DNA of 63,614 bases, counting the filler, from Octopus bimaculoides (Eukaryota), in assembly GCF_001194135.2 (NCBI RefSeq). It is 4 parts of 3 records of this genome, joined end to end, with 100 filler letters (N's around TTAATTAATTAA, not from the genome) between each part and the next. Parts side by side here need not be neighbours in the genome. Positions count along the whole stretch, not along the records: positions 14,813 to 39,033 come from NC_068988.1; 3 more parts are not named here. The stretch is one strand, 5' to 3'. Under the pieces are notes generated by a model. That model was not told where the DNA came from, did no database searches, and worked only from the letters and a program-made list of their open reading frames with translations. Below are positions 23,470 to 37,125 of the stretch, piece by piece. A program made the translations under genes and the position numbers. Within the stretch, counting starts at the first letter, position 1; every line of letters starts with the position of its first letter.

Positions 23470-24300
23470 CAATGGTAGTAGACAGATATAATTTATCACT
23501 CAATATGGCCGCCCTTTCGGGCAATTACTGCATCCACATGAGAATGAAATTTTTTGCAGTTGCCGCAACCTCCGCCTTTTTGATTTTGCGTGTTGCACGT
23601 ACGATGCCGGTCTTCAAACTGTTGACACTCAAGTGTGGTGAAGCATTGGTTTTTGCTTGAAGTGCACCTCATAAAACAATGATCGAGAAGTAATCCGGGT
23701 TATTACTGGGTCAGATGTTGGCCTTCTCAAAAAATAGTACCTTCTCACCAAGGAAGGCCTGTGTTGCTTTTGACCCATGGCATAGTGCAGAATCCTGAAT
23801 AAGCACCACGTTGTCAATTCTAAATGTCTGCTCCATCCAATGTAACGGAGTGTTTTTCAGAATGTCCAGGTACTCCTTTGTGCCGATCTTCGTCAGACTG
23901 AATGAGGTGTGGATCCATGACACTTCCCTCATTCGCCACGGCTACAGTACCATCACAGAGGCAGGATTCTTAGCTTCAGACACAGGGGGAACGTCAGAAG
24001 GGCTGTATGCAATCACTCGAGAATTTCTGCGATTCACCTCAGCGTTTGCAGCGAACAAGAGTTTTTCCTGCACAATATGTAATTTCGAGAGAGACGACGA
24101 AGCGGCTAGCAACAACATCAGGTTCATTTCGGTTTTATAAGGTTTTGTCAGTGACGTGTAGTTACAGCCAGCCAAGTGCCTCGATGAGATTTGTCGTTTT
24201 CCATAGAGGAAACGTTGATATTGCAGATGGCCACTTAGCTGGATAGTTAGCAGCGAATATATTATTCATTATTTCCTATGTCGGAGGCGAGAAATCTCTT
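23470..24300 (-). pseudogene. Tc1/mariner superfamily transposase relic, DD37D/maT-like
   Basis: QEKLLF..VNRRNSRVIAYSPSDVPPV..NPASVMV, then QDSALCHGSKATQAFL..NI*PSNNPD; stops and frameshifts. Confidence 0.85.
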
Positions 24301-24494
24301 CTAGGCATGTGGATGGCGACGAGTACATGTCATTGACGAGGCTTATCAAAACCTATGTACACCTGGTGTTCTCGCAAACCGCTGCGGGGAAGATTTTAGT
24401 AGACTGATTGAAGTGACTGGGATAATATCATTGACAGGCAGTTTGTATCTTAAAATCGTACTCCATTAACCGTCATTTTAGTTTTTGTGCCGTA

Positions 24495-24816
24495 AAGGCG
24501 CATGGCTTAGTGGTTAGGGTAATCGACTAGTGGACGTATGCTTGTGAGTTCGATTCCCGGCGACGCGTTGTTTCCTTGAGCAAGATTCTTTATTTCACGT
24601 TACTCCAATCCATTTCGCAGGCAAAAATGAGTTATGCCTATAATTTAAAGGACCGGCCTTCTCACGTTCAGTGCCACGCCGAAACTCCCTGAAATCAACA
24701 TTGAGGTTACGTGTGTTTATGGAAGGATCAGCTCCTTGCGCGTTAATTTCACGAGCAAGCTGTTCCGTTAATTGGATCAACTGCAACCCACGTCGTCGTA
24801 TCCGATGGAGTGCCAG
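24495..24816 (+). mobile_element. SINE-D, full length
   Basis: ggcgcatggcttagtgg...gagttcgattcccggcg...ttccttgagcaag...gatggagtgcca. Confidence 0.9.
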
Positions 24817-25134
24817 TTATTGTTGTGCCACTCATTATTTGAGCTATGTGTTCTTAATGTTATCTAATAAATATCAAATTCTCAGGCAAGCCTTGGGTCT
24901 CCTGAAGGAGACTGGCAGGCATCCATGATAGATGTTATCTGCAAACAAACACAGAGCTAGCGATAAACTGTACGAGGTGACACTTCTTGTCTGAAACCTA
25001 TGTACGGGGGAGAGTCAAAAAGTAATGCCATTTTGTTTAGGGCAGGTATAATTACCAACATGGGAACATGTATCATACATCAAAATGAAGCTGGTACGAC
25101 AGAAGAGGCATACAGGCGAATGCTCACACACACA

Positions 25135-25313
25135 TTCTTTTATTATTTTACTTGTTTCAGTCATTTGATAGCGGTCATGCTGGAGCACTACCTTTAGTCG
25201 AACATATAGACTCCAGAACTTATTTTTTGTAAGCCTATATATCGGTCGCTTTTACCGAACCGCTAAGCTACGGAGACGTAAACACACCAACATCGGTGTC
25301 AAGCAATGATGGT

Positions 25314-25359
<46 letters not shown>
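25135..25359 (-). mobile_element. SINE-A 3' half ending in (CA)n and gap
   Basis: cttgtttcagtcatttga...acgtaaacacaccaacatcgg. Confidence 0.85.
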
Positions 25360-25533
25360 NNNNNNNNNNNNNNNNNNNNNNNNNNNNNNNNNNNNNNNNN
25401 NNNNNNNNNNNNNNNNNNNNNNNNNNNNNNNNNNNNNNNNNNNNNNNNNNNNNNNNNNNNNNNNNNNNNNNNNNNNNNNNNNNNNNNNNNNNNNNNNNNN
25501 NNNNNNNNNNNNNNNNNNNNNNNNNNNNNNNNN

Positions 25534-25582
<49 letters not shown>

Positions 25583-25599
25583 GAGTCGCATATTTATGT

Positions 25600-25790
25600 A
25601 TTTATATATGTTTGAAGATAATCAAACCAAATTTTCATCATTTCGAGCCACTCACCTAATGGATATTGCTGTCAAATTTAGTGAAAATCCGTTCGGCCGT
25701 TTTCCAGTAATTTTGCAAACACGCAGGCAGACGAGCACCAGTGATTACAATACCCTGCTTTCGCTTACGCGCGCAGGGTAATAATAATAA
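25600..25790 (+). mobile_element. Helentron-associated (HINE/DINE-1-like) 3' end
   Basis: aaatccgttc...ttttccagtaattttgc..cagac..gattacaa, then hairpin TACCCTGC/GCAGGGTA (25751-25780) and (AAT)n. Confidence 0.55.
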
Positions 25791-26496
25791 TAATATATAT
25801 ATTATAAGAAATGTAATTTGGACGCAATATTAACAGACGTCATGTACTTTTGAATGGTATCATCGTTTTTCTGTCTATCATAGTTATAAAAGCAGAACAG
25901 TAAATGAAATTATATTAATATCATAAAGAAGAATTCACAATGAATTCATAATAAACAATAATTTATTCAATTCTTCATATAAACAAACATTTACTACTTT
26001 CGAACTACATCGTTTTTATTTTTAAACTGGGAATATTAAATGACAAACTTTTCACTGGAATGGAAAGTAAAAAAAAATACTATGTAAAATGTATGGATGT
26101 ACGTCAAGGAAACAAAAAATAGCCATAAGAAATGAATCAATAAAATAAGATAACTCTCCGAGGGGAAAATCCTGGGGGTTCTGGTGGAGAGTTCCTCATT
26201 CCTCATTCCTTCATAGAAAGGGCATTTTATGTTGAGGGTTTATAAAGTCGATATAATTGACTCCAGTAACTTGTCTAGTACTTTGCCGACAGCGGGAAAC
26301 TAAAAACAGAATCAACTTTGTTGGGAGCTGACTGCAGGATGTAACTGAACGGGATTAGATACTGTAAGGTAACTTACATCTTACGTTATTTAGTTATGTT
26401 TAGTAACGCCGTCTCAACTCTACGGTGGACATTGAGCTCACAGAGTTATTAGCACTTTGGATGAAAATGCTAAACAACATTGCTGCTGGCTCTAAA

Positions 26497-26806
26497 GCGA
26501 AGAGCTTGGCGGAATCGTTAGGACGCCGAGCAAATTGCTTACCAGCATTTCGTCCATTTTCACGTTCTGAGTTCAAATTCAGCCGGGGTCAGCTTCGCCT
26601 TTTACTCTTTCCGGGTCGATAAAATACATACCAGTTGAACATCGAAGTCGATGTAATCGACTTATCCCCTGCCACAAAATTGCTGTCCTTGCGGCAAAAT
26701 TTCAGACAAACATTTCTTTCAGCTTTTTACGTTCTGAGTTCATTTCCCGCCGAAGTCAACTTTGCCTTTCATCTCGTTCAGATCGATAAAATAAAGTACG
26801 AGTCAA
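26497..26806 (+). mobile_element. SINE-B full copy plus tandem partial copy
   Basis: ggcggaatcgttagg...gttctgagttcaaattc...tttccgggtcgataaaa; gttctgagtt...gatcgataaaa repeats at 26730-26806. Confidence 0.85.
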
Positions 26807-26859
26807 ATGGTAGACGGACAATTCGTCAACAGACAGTTGACCGACAGACAACTTACAGA

Positions 26860-27000
26860 CAGGACAATTGTATGGTATGGTGCAGAGTCCTGTTGCCAGA
26901 CAGGGTGTTCCAGCAATTACCATCTTGACCCAGGGCAGCACAACCTCTTCTAGGCACTTGATGTAGGCCTCTGTGTTGAGTCTGAGGCTGTGTGGGAATT
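26860..27000 (-). pseudogene. Tc1/mariner (DD37D-like) transposase fragment
   Basis: FPHSLRLNTEAYIKCLEEVVLPWVK..G.P, then frameshifted QQDSAPYH. Confidence 0.8.
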
Positions 27001-27099
27001 GTCTGTCGGCGAATTGTCTGCTCACGGAGTCCATATACAGAGGTTGATGAAATCGCCTTTGACGCCGTCCCTCAAAATTTCCGGCCCTGAACTCTGTAA

Positions 27100-27200
27100 C
27101 AGATCGGTATCCAGGCCAGGGGCAATGTTCTGATCTCAGTTACTTATACGCCGTGGAAACCGGGCGACCGGCCTTACGAACCTCTAGACCACAAGACCAC
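27100..27200 (+). mobile_element. SINE-C-type 3' tail
   Basis: atacgccgtggaaaccgggcgaccggccttacgaacc resembles the reverse complement of 56530-56570. Confidence 0.45.
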
Positions 27201-27474
27201 AAGAAAAAGACAAACAAACACTTAAAACATTGTTTTTCATGTTCACTTCAAAATCATTTTTAATTAGAAATCACTATTGTGAAGTTAATTAGCGTATTTA
27301 TGGCATAATCTATTTATCATTCTTTGTAATTAGTAGCATTAATTAGTCTTACTTTTCAATAGATTACACACTGCTGATTAATTTTATTCCTTTCTCTTTC
27401 TTTCGTTTTCTGTATCTGTGTCTCTCTCTCGCCACATAAACATGCATAGACAACGTGATAAACACACACATATT

Positions 27475-27529
<55 letters not shown>

Positions 27530-27819
27530 GTATGGATATACACGCACACACTGAGGCATACAACTACTTACATAATAAAGGAAAAAGAATGGACAGCTCT
27601 AAACATTGGCTACATGCGTTTCAATAGCTGCTAATTTTTTCAACAATGCTTAATATTTCATAATATTGTGTAAATTTTACATTATTGCAGACCTCCGTCA
27701 TTTTTATGGAATAACGAAAATTACATCCTATTATGCAATATTATACGTTGTTGAATAAACGACCACGTTATTGAAACGCGTGTAGCAATATTTTGAGCTG
27801 TCCACTCTTGTATATACAG

Positions 27820-27998
27820 TATTCATTTGACAGCGGCCATATTGGAGCACCACTTTTAGTCGGAAAAGATCGACCTCAGGACTTATTCTTTGAAAGCCTA
27901 GCACTTATTCTAACTGCTAAGTTACGGGGACGTAAACACACCAGCATCGGTTGTCAAGCGATGACACAAACACACACAACACAAACACATACATATAC

Positions 27999-28044
<46 letters not shown>

Positions 28045-28205
28045 GACGGGCTTCTTTCAGTTTCCGTCTATTAAATCTTCTCACAAGGCTTTGGTCGGCC
28101 CGAGGCTATAGTAAAAGACTCTTGCCCAAGGTGCCATGCAGTGGGACTGAATCCGGAACCATGTGGTTGGGAAGCAACCTTCTTACCACACAGCCACGTC
28201 TGCAC
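27820..28205 (-). mobile_element. SINE-A, near full length
   Basis: tail, internal (CA)/(TA), head ccacacagccacgtctgc. Confidence 0.9.
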
Positions 28206-28831
28206 TACACCAAATATTGAGTACTTTCTTCTGTTAACATTAATTTTTCTTAGTTACTAAGTAGACATTATCTTACCTTGTTGTGCCCATCTTCGCCTTT
28301 CAGCCTTCTGAGTTCGATAAATTAAAGTACCTAGACTGAAGTAATAACACTTTGTTGATAAACGAGTGTAGTTTCTAAAACAACTCTTAAAATAAACGTC
28401 TCTTGAAAGTTATATTACTAACCATAAAAATCCTAGATAAGAAGCTGTTATTCTAAAAACTTAACTGATAAATATTTCATAAATTTTAACTGAAAGTTAA
28501 GTACACATAAACGCTGTATTTTATTGATAATAATTAAAACTTATATGATTAAATCTTAAATTTCTTCAGACTTCTGCAAATCCTGCTTGTCGTTCGGTTT
28601 AAAAATATCGACATACAGATCTGAATAACTAGAAGATGAGGTTGCTACTTCTCTAAAATCTTCACAAAACTTCTTCATCGCTTTTTTACTACAACAAACC
28701 GTCTTCCTCAGTCATTGCATGTAAAATAAAGCATTTTAAAAATGATTTACAAGTTCTTTCATGAAAACTGCCCCAACACTTTATCCGAGACTTGCCCAGC
28801 GCATCCATCAGTGGAAGGCAAATATTGAACT

Positions 28832-29155
28832 GACACTCGGTCGCTTACGATGATGGGGGTTCCAATTGATATGATCAACGGAAAAACCTGCTCGTGAAAT
28901 TAGCGTGCAAAGTGGTTTGAGTGCTCCACAAACACGCGTACCTTGAACGTAGTTGTCTGGAAGATTCTGCCTGACACAGAATGTGACAAAGCTGACCCAT
29001 CGAAGTACAGGTACAATTTATTTTTGCCAGTTGACTATACTGGAACAACGTGAAATAAAGTTTCTTGCTCAAGGACACAATGCGCTATCGGGAATCGAAC
29101 TCACCACTTTTCGATCGTCAGCCCAATTCCCTAATCACTAACCCATTCACTTCCA
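28832..29155 (-). mobile_element. SINE-D, full length
   Basis: cttgctcaaggacacaatgcg..gggaatcgaactcac...ccctaatcacta. Confidence 0.85.
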
Positions 29156-29227
29156 TTTACTTCCATTAACCAATCGTTTGTTCGTCTTCAAAGTGGACTT
29201 GGGGTGGTTGGCTTGAAAATAAACGTA

Positions 29228-29392
29228 AGCTTAGCTGTATGATGAAACGACTCGCTTTGCAATCCCATTCAGATTCAGTCCCATAGCGTGGTACCTTGGG
29301 CAAGTACCTTCTACTACACCCTCTGGCCAGCCAGTGTCTTGTGAGTGGACTATATAGATGGAAACTGTGTGGAAGCCCATATGTGTGGAGAG
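29228..29392 (+). mobile_element. SINE-A 5' half, degenerate
   Basis: cagtcccatagcgtggtaccttgggcaagt...gatggaaactg. Confidence 0.7.
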
Positions 29393-29412
29393 AGGCATAT
29401 GTGTATGTTTTA

Positions 29413-29619
29413 TTTCTAATTTTGGTATAAAGCCAGCATTTGGGTGAGGGAGAGGGAGTAAATCGATTACATTGACTCCAGTACTCGACTGGCACTTTAT
29501 ATTATCGACCTTGGAGGGGTGGAAGACAAAATCTACGTCGGTGGAATTTGAACTTAGAGTATAATGAATCGTTAGGTATTTTGTCCGACACGCTAAGGAT
29601 TCTGCCATCTTATAGCCTT
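29413..29619 (-). mobile_element. SINE-B
   Basis: aatcgattacattgactccagtact...ggaatttgaactt...ttttgtccgacacgctaaggattctgcca. Confidence 0.8.
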
Positions 29620-29661
29620 TACACATACACTCCCCACCCCACACAAATGCATGTATGTATG

Positions 29662-29692
<31 letters not shown>

Positions 29693-30799
29693 TTATTAGC
29701 ATTCTCGGATTTATAGTCTGGAATACTGTATTGATGATGGAAATACGACCGGGTAATATAATTTACACCTCTTTAATCCTGAAACGCGTATACTGTTGAT
29801 CAAAGCCGGGTAGATTCGTTATTTATTATTAATTTTTTTTTTGCCTGTGTGAGTTGCGAGTGCTGCTGTCTGGGAGATATATTTTGGTAGTGAAATAGTA
29901 GTTTTAACTGCTATTTCTAAATTTCGGTGTGTGGTGAAGCAATTTTTACTGAACCCTAATTTTAATTATGTTTATAATTATAATACTTTTGTATAAGTTT
30001 ACCGATAATGGTTTTTTAACACACCGAACTACTTGGTGAAATTATTAATTATAAATTATTTTTTACTCTATATNNNNNNNNNNNNNNNNNNNNNNNNNNN
30101 NNNNNNNNNNNNNNNNNNNNNNNNNNNNNNNNNNNNNNNNNNNNNNNNNNNNNNNNNNNNNNNNNNNNNNNNNNNNNNNNNNNNNNNNNNNNNNNNNNNN
30201 NNNNNNNNNNNNNNNNNNNNNNNNNNNNNNNNNNNNNNNNNNNNNNNNNNNNNNNNNNNNNNNNNNNNNNNNNNNNNNNNNNNNNNNNNNNNNNNNNGAC
30301 TAGTACTACCTGCTGCCCACTACCTAGAACTCACATGAGTAAAAAAAGAGAGATAGAGACAGACAGAAAGGAAATGTCCCTTGCATTTGAAAACTATGGA
30401 AATATTTTTTTTTTAAGTATTTCATTTAATATTTCCACAATTTAATTGCTTTTCATGATTTACTCTAGTTGAAAAAGTCGCAAAGACTGAAACTGGAACT
30501 AAAATGTTCTTGATGATAAAATTATTTTAGCATTTTCTACCTTGTCTTATTTTCCTTATATACACAAATACATATATACATATATTGGACATATAGTTTT
30601 AACATTTCCAGTGGTTTCCCTTTTCAAAAAAACTCGTTGTAAATGTTTCACGAGCACTCGAGCAAACGGACTCCTCAACTTGTCCAAAGGTTTTCAAAGC
30701 ACCAGCAGGCCTCAAGAGACACATGTGTAAAATATATATAATCAGTTAACATTATATTGCACAGTAGCGTATGCGTTAAAAAGGATTCGTTACATCGAA

Positions 30800-31055
30800 G
30801 ATACTTTAGCATGAACCCATTCGACTCTGTCCAGGTAAGTTCACCGGTCTATTTTTACTTTATTAAATACACACCAAGTTACCCTCCATCTATAGAGGTC
30901 TTTTCCGAGAAGACGGCCTCTTAGTCAACAATGTGAAACCCAACACTATAGAAATATCTAAGAAAAATCTTATCACCCCACCTTAACCAATTCAATTCAG
31001 ATATCACCATTAACACCAATTGCAAAAGTCTAAATTCCTAGACGTCACCTCATCG
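30800..31055 (+). mobile_element. Penelope-like RT fragment
   Basis: FDS..; GLFREDGLL (cf. GLYRDDGL); ITINTNCKSL-FLDVT. Confidence 0.7.
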
Positions 31056-31420
31056 TTGACATGTATCTTCGTTACGTTTTTTTCGATAAGTATTACCCTG
31101 GTCATTTCTCTGATAAACTTTGCCGTCTAAAACCCTTTATCACTGCCTTTAAACTTCCCAGGTGCATCATTCTTCTGTTGAGATATCTGTTAATCGTATG
31201 TCCTTTTATTCTAATAGCTACTTTCTTCGAACTGCTACTCTCTGGAATCCCTTACCATTGTCTTGTTTTCTTCTGGTCTATGATATTCAGTCCTGTAAGC
31301 TTTTCGTCAGTCGACAATTTTTTGAAGTTGTAGACCCTTTCTTTCTTTCTTTTTTTTTTTTGTAGACCCTTACACTACAGTGACCTCAATCCTTGTTTGA
31401 GAGAAAATTGTGTAAAAACG
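31056..31420 (+). mobile_element. CR1/Jockey-group LINE 3' end
   Basis: FDKYYPGHFSDKL; FYSNSYFLRTATLWNPLPLSCF..YDIQSCK..VSR. Confidence 0.7.
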
Positions 31421-33479
31421 AAACCCCCGTTACTCGCCATTATTCGCCAGTTAAATCTGCAATATCTACCGTGTCTGACTATTCAAACATCATTTAAAAT
31501 GTACAAATCCTCACAGAACATAGAAATATCACTTCACGTTTCAAGACTTTCTTACACCTAATCTTTCCTCAATGCTAACAGACGCTTCTACAACGAAGCT
31601 ATAAAAGGGTAGCGTCTTTAATGATAAAATAAACATATAACATTTCTATTTCTTATGGTCTAAATGACTTTTATTTTTCATTTTTCTTTTTTACAAAGAG
31701 GAGAAACTATTTTCATTATTGAGAACGTATTCATAAAAATTGATTGATATCGTATGTCTTAATTCTAAACACTTTCGTCAGGAATAACATTNNNNNNNNN
31801 NNNNNNNNNNNNNNNNNNNNNNNNNNNNNNNNNNNNNNNNNNNNNNNNNNNNNNNNNNNNNNNNNNNNNNNNNNNNNNNNNNNNNNNNNNNNNNNNNNNN
31901 NNNNNNNNNNNNNNNNNNNNNNNNNNNNNNNNNNNNNNNNNNNNNNNNNNNNNNNNNNNNNNNNNNNNNNNNNNNNNNNNNNNNNNNNNNNNNNNNNNNN
32001 NNNNNNNNNNNNNNNNNNNNNNNNNNNNNNNNNNNNNNNNNNNNNNNNNNNNNNNNNNNNNNNNNNNNNNNNNNNNNNNNNNNNNNNNNNNNNNNNNNNN
32101 NNNNNNNNNNNNNNNNNNNNNNNNNNNNNNNNNNNNNNNNNNNNNNNNNNNNNNNNNNNNNNNNNNNNNNNNNNNNNNNNNNNNNNNNNNNNNNNNNNNN
32201 NNNNNNNNNNNNNNNNNNNNNNNNNNNNNNNNNNNNNNNNNNNNNNNNNNNNNNNNNNNNNNNNNNNNNNNNNNNNNNNNNNNNNNNNNNNNNNNNNNNN
32301 NNNNNNNNNNNNNNNNNNNNNNNNNNNNNNNNNNNNNNNNNNNNNNNNNNNNNNNNNNNNNNNNNNNNNNNNNNNNNNNNNNNNNNNNNNNNNNNNNNNN
32401 NNNNNNNNNNNNNNNNNNNNNNNNNNNNNNNNNNNNNNNNNNNNNNNNNNNNNNNNNNNNNNNNNNNNNNNNNNNNNNNNNNNNNNNNNNNNNNNNNNNN
32501 NNNNNNNNNNNNNNNNNNNNNNNNNNNNNNNNNNNNNNNNNNNNNNNNNNNNNNNNNNNNNNNNNNNNNNNNNNNNNNNNNNNNNNNNNNNNNNNNNNNN
32601 NNNNNNNNNNNNNNNNNNNNNNNNNNNNNNNNNNNNNNNNNNNNNNNNNNNNNNNNNNNNNNNNNNNNNNNNNNNNNNNNNNNNNNNNNNNNNNNNNNNN
32701 NNNNNNNNNNNNNNNNNNNNTATATATATATATATATATGCACATACTGACAAACACACACACACATACATATATAAGAAAGAGAGTGAGAAAGAGTTAG
32801 GGAAAAAGAAAGATACAAATATCTATTCATAAATTCATTATATTGCAAACTTAGCAGTTTAAAGTTCTACAGTTAATAATACACAAACACGAAAGCACGT
32901 AAAACATACTGTCATAGCAGCAGTCTATCTATCTATCTATCTATCTATGTCTGTCTAATGTGTATATGTGTGTGTCTGTATAGTTGTGCAAAGTCACTGA
33001 AATATAATGGCGATAGAAGTAGTATTGGTACCAAATTACAGTCTTTATATCCATCTCATCATGTATGTTGTGTTAGAATACACACTTCACACACACACAC
33101 ACATATATATATATATGAGACTGTATGTATATACGTATTTGTGTACATGTGTGTGTGTGTGTTTGTGACTATACATACATACATATTGAATGTACGTTTT
33201 TCTCGATTCCGCTATATGTTTTTTTTTTTTCTTTCTCCATATTTCCATGTAAACAGCAAAAGACAGACGAGAAATAATTTTTTTCTTTTTATATAGAATC
33301 AATTATACCAAATGGTTTATGCCATACTTTACTATTTTCCTCGAAAAGTAGTGAGCGACTCTATTTCAACCGTCCGTTCATTCTGGATATAGACATATGA
33401 GTAAACATATATTGGACTGTTGGACTCTACATCTTTGAGAATATCTATTAATATCGAAGCACAATGTGTTTCATCTACT

Positions 33480-33910
33480 CGTATACTTTCTTCCTCCTAT
33501 TTCGACCCATTCCTCTCCGCGCACCATTCCTGGGAGGTTCGTAGGTATAAATTCCTCAGACATCTTCTCCATAGCATCTTATCAGAAGTTAACCTTATTC
33601 ATTACATTTTCCGATTGGTTTCTCAAGCATGCCTTTCTGAGATTATGGATATTATGCAACCATCTTGATCTACCTCTAGGTCTCCTGGCACATTGCTTGG
33701 CTTGAAGAATCCATCTGAAGATCTTTTTTCTACCACATTCTAATTACATGTCCATAGTATCGGAGAAGGGATCTCTCAACGAGGAGAGATTTCCTGATCT
33801 CCGAACTTGACGCACACTGTCAAGTAACTTACTTCAGAGATCCTTCGGGGAACCTTCATTTCGGTTGCTTGTATTTGCGATCGTAATTTATCCTTCATTA
33901 CCTACCATTC
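33480..33910 (-). mobile_element. RTE-clade LINE 3' portion
   Basis: RSQIQATEMKV.RRI..; LRYYGHVIRM; RRPRGR..RWL.NI. Confidence 0.8.
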
Positions 33911-33918
33911 CACAGCCA

Positions 33919-33989
33919 ACTACTATTGCCCCGGGCCAACCAAAGCCGTGTGAGTGGATTTGGTAGACGGAAACTGAAAGAAGCCCGCC

Positions 33990-34029
<40 letters not shown>

Positions 34030-34226
34030 GTTTGTCCCCCCCCCCCAACATCGTCTGACAATTGATGCTGGTGTGTTTACGTTCCCGTAACTTAGAGGTT
34101 CGACAAAACAGACCGATAGAATAAGTACTAGGTTTACAAAGAATAAGTCCTGGGGTCGATTTGCTCCACTAAAGGCAGTGCTCCAGCATGGCCACAGTCA
34201 AATTACTGAAACAAGAAAAAGAAAAT
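33919..34226 (+). mobile_element. SINE-A lacking its tRNA head
   Basis: tactattgccccgggccaaccaaagcc...(tg)n...ctccagcatggccacagtcaaattactgaaacaag. Confidence 0.9.
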
Positions 34227-34400
34227 CAAATATGTTAACCGTTGCCATCTTCATGCAGCAGGCTGTCCTGAGTATTTTCCTCCTGTGATCCTAACATAAC
34301 AGTTTCACTGAGAAATTCTTGTTTTCTAACACAGCCTCAGAGCTGAGAAGACACAATTTAGTGATTGTTCGGTCCTTAGATTGGCATGTTTTCTTTTAAG

Positions 34401-34427
34401 GTTCAAATTACTAAAGAGCAAATCTAT
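34401..34427 (+). CDS. candidate 27-nt microexon (VQITKEQIY)
   Basis: ttttcttttaag| and tat|gtaagc, both strong; phase 0-0. Confidence 0.35.
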
Positions 34428-35967
34428 GTAAGCATCTCTTTTGGAGACTAATCGACAGATTTTCGCACTGATTTAATGCTATCCTTCACTCCCTAACCCC
34501 ATCCTCGTACACTGCTCTCACGTCACACCTTATCGTTTATTTTTAATGGAAGGACGCATGAAACAACATAGTCTCTTAGATATACAAAGAAGAAATGGAA
34601 TGATTTCTACCGAGACGCATCGGACCGCTTTTTTTTTTTTTTTTCACTGTTAGAATTGACTTAATGCAAGATAAAAACAACAATGATATGCAATCTAGGC
34701 ACCTCGAAATAGACTTACTATTTCTATAAACAAGTGTTTCGAAGATCTTTCATCCGGATGGAGGGATGAAAAGACGCAATCAATACAATTAATACACATA
34801 CCAAGCCAGCAGTCTCGCAGCACAAACAGTCTCTGCCCTTAAACAACTCGTGTCTAAGGCGCTTAAGTTCACTAAAGAGACTTATGGAGGATCATATATC
34901 CATAACAGTGGTTCTAGTGTTGTCGAGTACGTACGTTAACAACGAATCCGGTACAAAAAGATAAAGTATACTTAAACACGACATACTAGAGTCAACCAAT
35001 TTATAAATAAAGGTTAATTAAATTGAGTTAATTACCAAACATAAAGCAACACACGTTCGCTGATGTTACACGTCTAATGAGCTAAAGTGAGAGCCTGTAA
35101 TTACTAAGAGTAATTAAATTTATTTAATAACCATTTTATAGTATATTTTCAAAAAGGAAAGCACCATACTTTAGTTGTATTTCAGGAGGGCCATTACGCC
35201 AATAATAAACACACGCACTGGTTCTGTTTCAATACTTTTGTTATTATCAGTCAACCAGTGAACCGTTTAACCAATTAAATAATCAATTGTTTGATTACTT
35301 AATTGGCTAGATTCGTTGGAATCCTTTCATTACCATTCATCAGAAAGTTTCTTTCTCTCTCTCTCTCTGATTCAACACACGATTTCACATCAGGAATTTT
35401 GCAAACTAATTAGAAAAACCGTACTTTAGAATTTTTGTAAACATTTGGTAAGTCGTGAATAATTGATATTCCATTGATTGTTAATAGTTGTGATTCAAAA
35501 GCTTGTTTTAAAAGTTTTTTTTTTTTTTAAATATAAAAATTCTAGATGAATCAAGTAAAATTCTTTTAGATTTATCAGTCGTAGTGTTTGTTGTTAATCA
35601 ATCTTTAATCATCTTTTAGAAATACACAAGATACCATTTTTTACAGTCGTGTGAAAAACGAGATATTTTTAAAGTTTTATATATCTCGATCGTTTTAGCA
35701 GTATAATTTGTATTAAAAAACACAGCAGCCGGTTAAAGGAACTCACTATAGAACTTGCCAAGATTTTCTATTAGAAAGCGCAGCTCATTGTTCTGAGATT
35801 TGAGAATATTTGTTCCATTTGAACAGATCTTTATCTGTTCAAAAGGTGTCCATTTTATGCATTAACCAGAAGCGCTACAATTGATAAGGTCTTCATCTAC
35901 ATTAGCTGATGAATAATGTAAAATGGTGACAACACGGAAATGAAACCAGTTCACGTATTTAACGTAG

Positions 35968-36071
35968 ACACGGGATGAGATTATTTGGCGCAGCTGTTTG
36001 GACGCTTACGATTTGGCACGGCTGACTGGATGTTCAGCTTGTTTTGGTGACAGTCTTTTTTGGCACTGGAG
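35968..36071 (+). CDS. candidate exon (TRDEIIWRSCLDAYDLARLTGCSACFGDSLFWHW); a competing minus-strand exon 36010-36065 is equally possible
   Basis: aacgtag| and gag|gtaaat; single open frame, in phase with 34401-34427. Confidence 0.3.
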
Positions 36072-36151
36072 GTAAATACACATGCACATACATGCACACA
36101 CATGCACACGCACGTGCACACGCACATGCACGCACACATGCACACACATGC

Positions 36152-36372
36152 AAGGCGGCGAGCTGGCAGAAACGTTAGCACGCCGGACCAAATGCTTAGC
36201 AGTATTTCGTCTGTCTTTATGTTCTGAGTTCAAATTCTGCCGACGTCGACTTTGCCTTTTATCCTTTCGGAGTCAATAAATTAAGTACCAGGTGCATACT
36301 GGGATCGATTTAATCGACTGCCCTCTTCCCCAAAAATTTCGGGCCTTGTGCCGAAAGTAGAAAAGAATATAT
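36152..36372 (+). mobile_element. SINE-B, full length, near consensus
   Basis: aaggcggcgagctggcagaaacgttagc...gttcaaattc...tttgccttttatcctttcggagtcaataaattaagtacc (CORE-like). Confidence 0.92.
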
Positions 36373-36823
36373 TGAGTTTTAATCATTATAGAAAAAAAAT
36401 TGCAGTCTGTTGTGTGGGGAGCGAAATGTCACGACTTGACTTCTTTTATGCAAAGAATATCATTGTATAAGTAATAGTAAATAGGACTTTTCTGTCGATT
36501 TTGAATTTGGTGACTTTTTTTCTTTTTACTGTTTTAAGGCTAATGTTAAATTCATGCGCAAGATGGTTATTACTCTCCACTCTCTTTCCCCCCGCCTCCA
36601 TACATTGTTTTATAAACAATGCCATCAGGAATTGATTTTCAAACAGTGTACGACTCGTTAACAATTCTTGTATTGATCTTAACAACTGTAACAGTTTCGT
36701 AGTGTCATTTCAAATTAATACATATCTTCCAAACGTAATAAGCATTTATATACGTGTATGTCTGGGTATATATGCTTACACGATAATGATTCTTGCCGGT
36801 TTCAATCAAAGTATGTGTGTGTG

Positions 36824-36871
<48 letters not shown>

Positions 36872-36995
36872 CACGCACGCGTGTAAATATGCATATACAC
36901 ACACATCAGTATACATAATCATTCCTAAATGCATCAAAACGAATAAATACAATGTATGCTGTATGTACGTTATATATACGAAAAATATAAAAATA

Positions 36996-37081
36996 CAGTA
37001 ATCCCTCGACTATCGCGGGTGTTAGGTTCCAAACCGCACTCCATGCGATTGGTGAAAATCCACGAAGTAGAAACTACTCTA

Positions 37082-37125
<44 letters not shown>

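Noticed and set aside
28270-28340. Minus-strand mini-exon KAERRRWAQQ with a strong donor
   Set aside because: The sequence also matches the SINE-B CORE-like segment; cannot be distinguished by eye.
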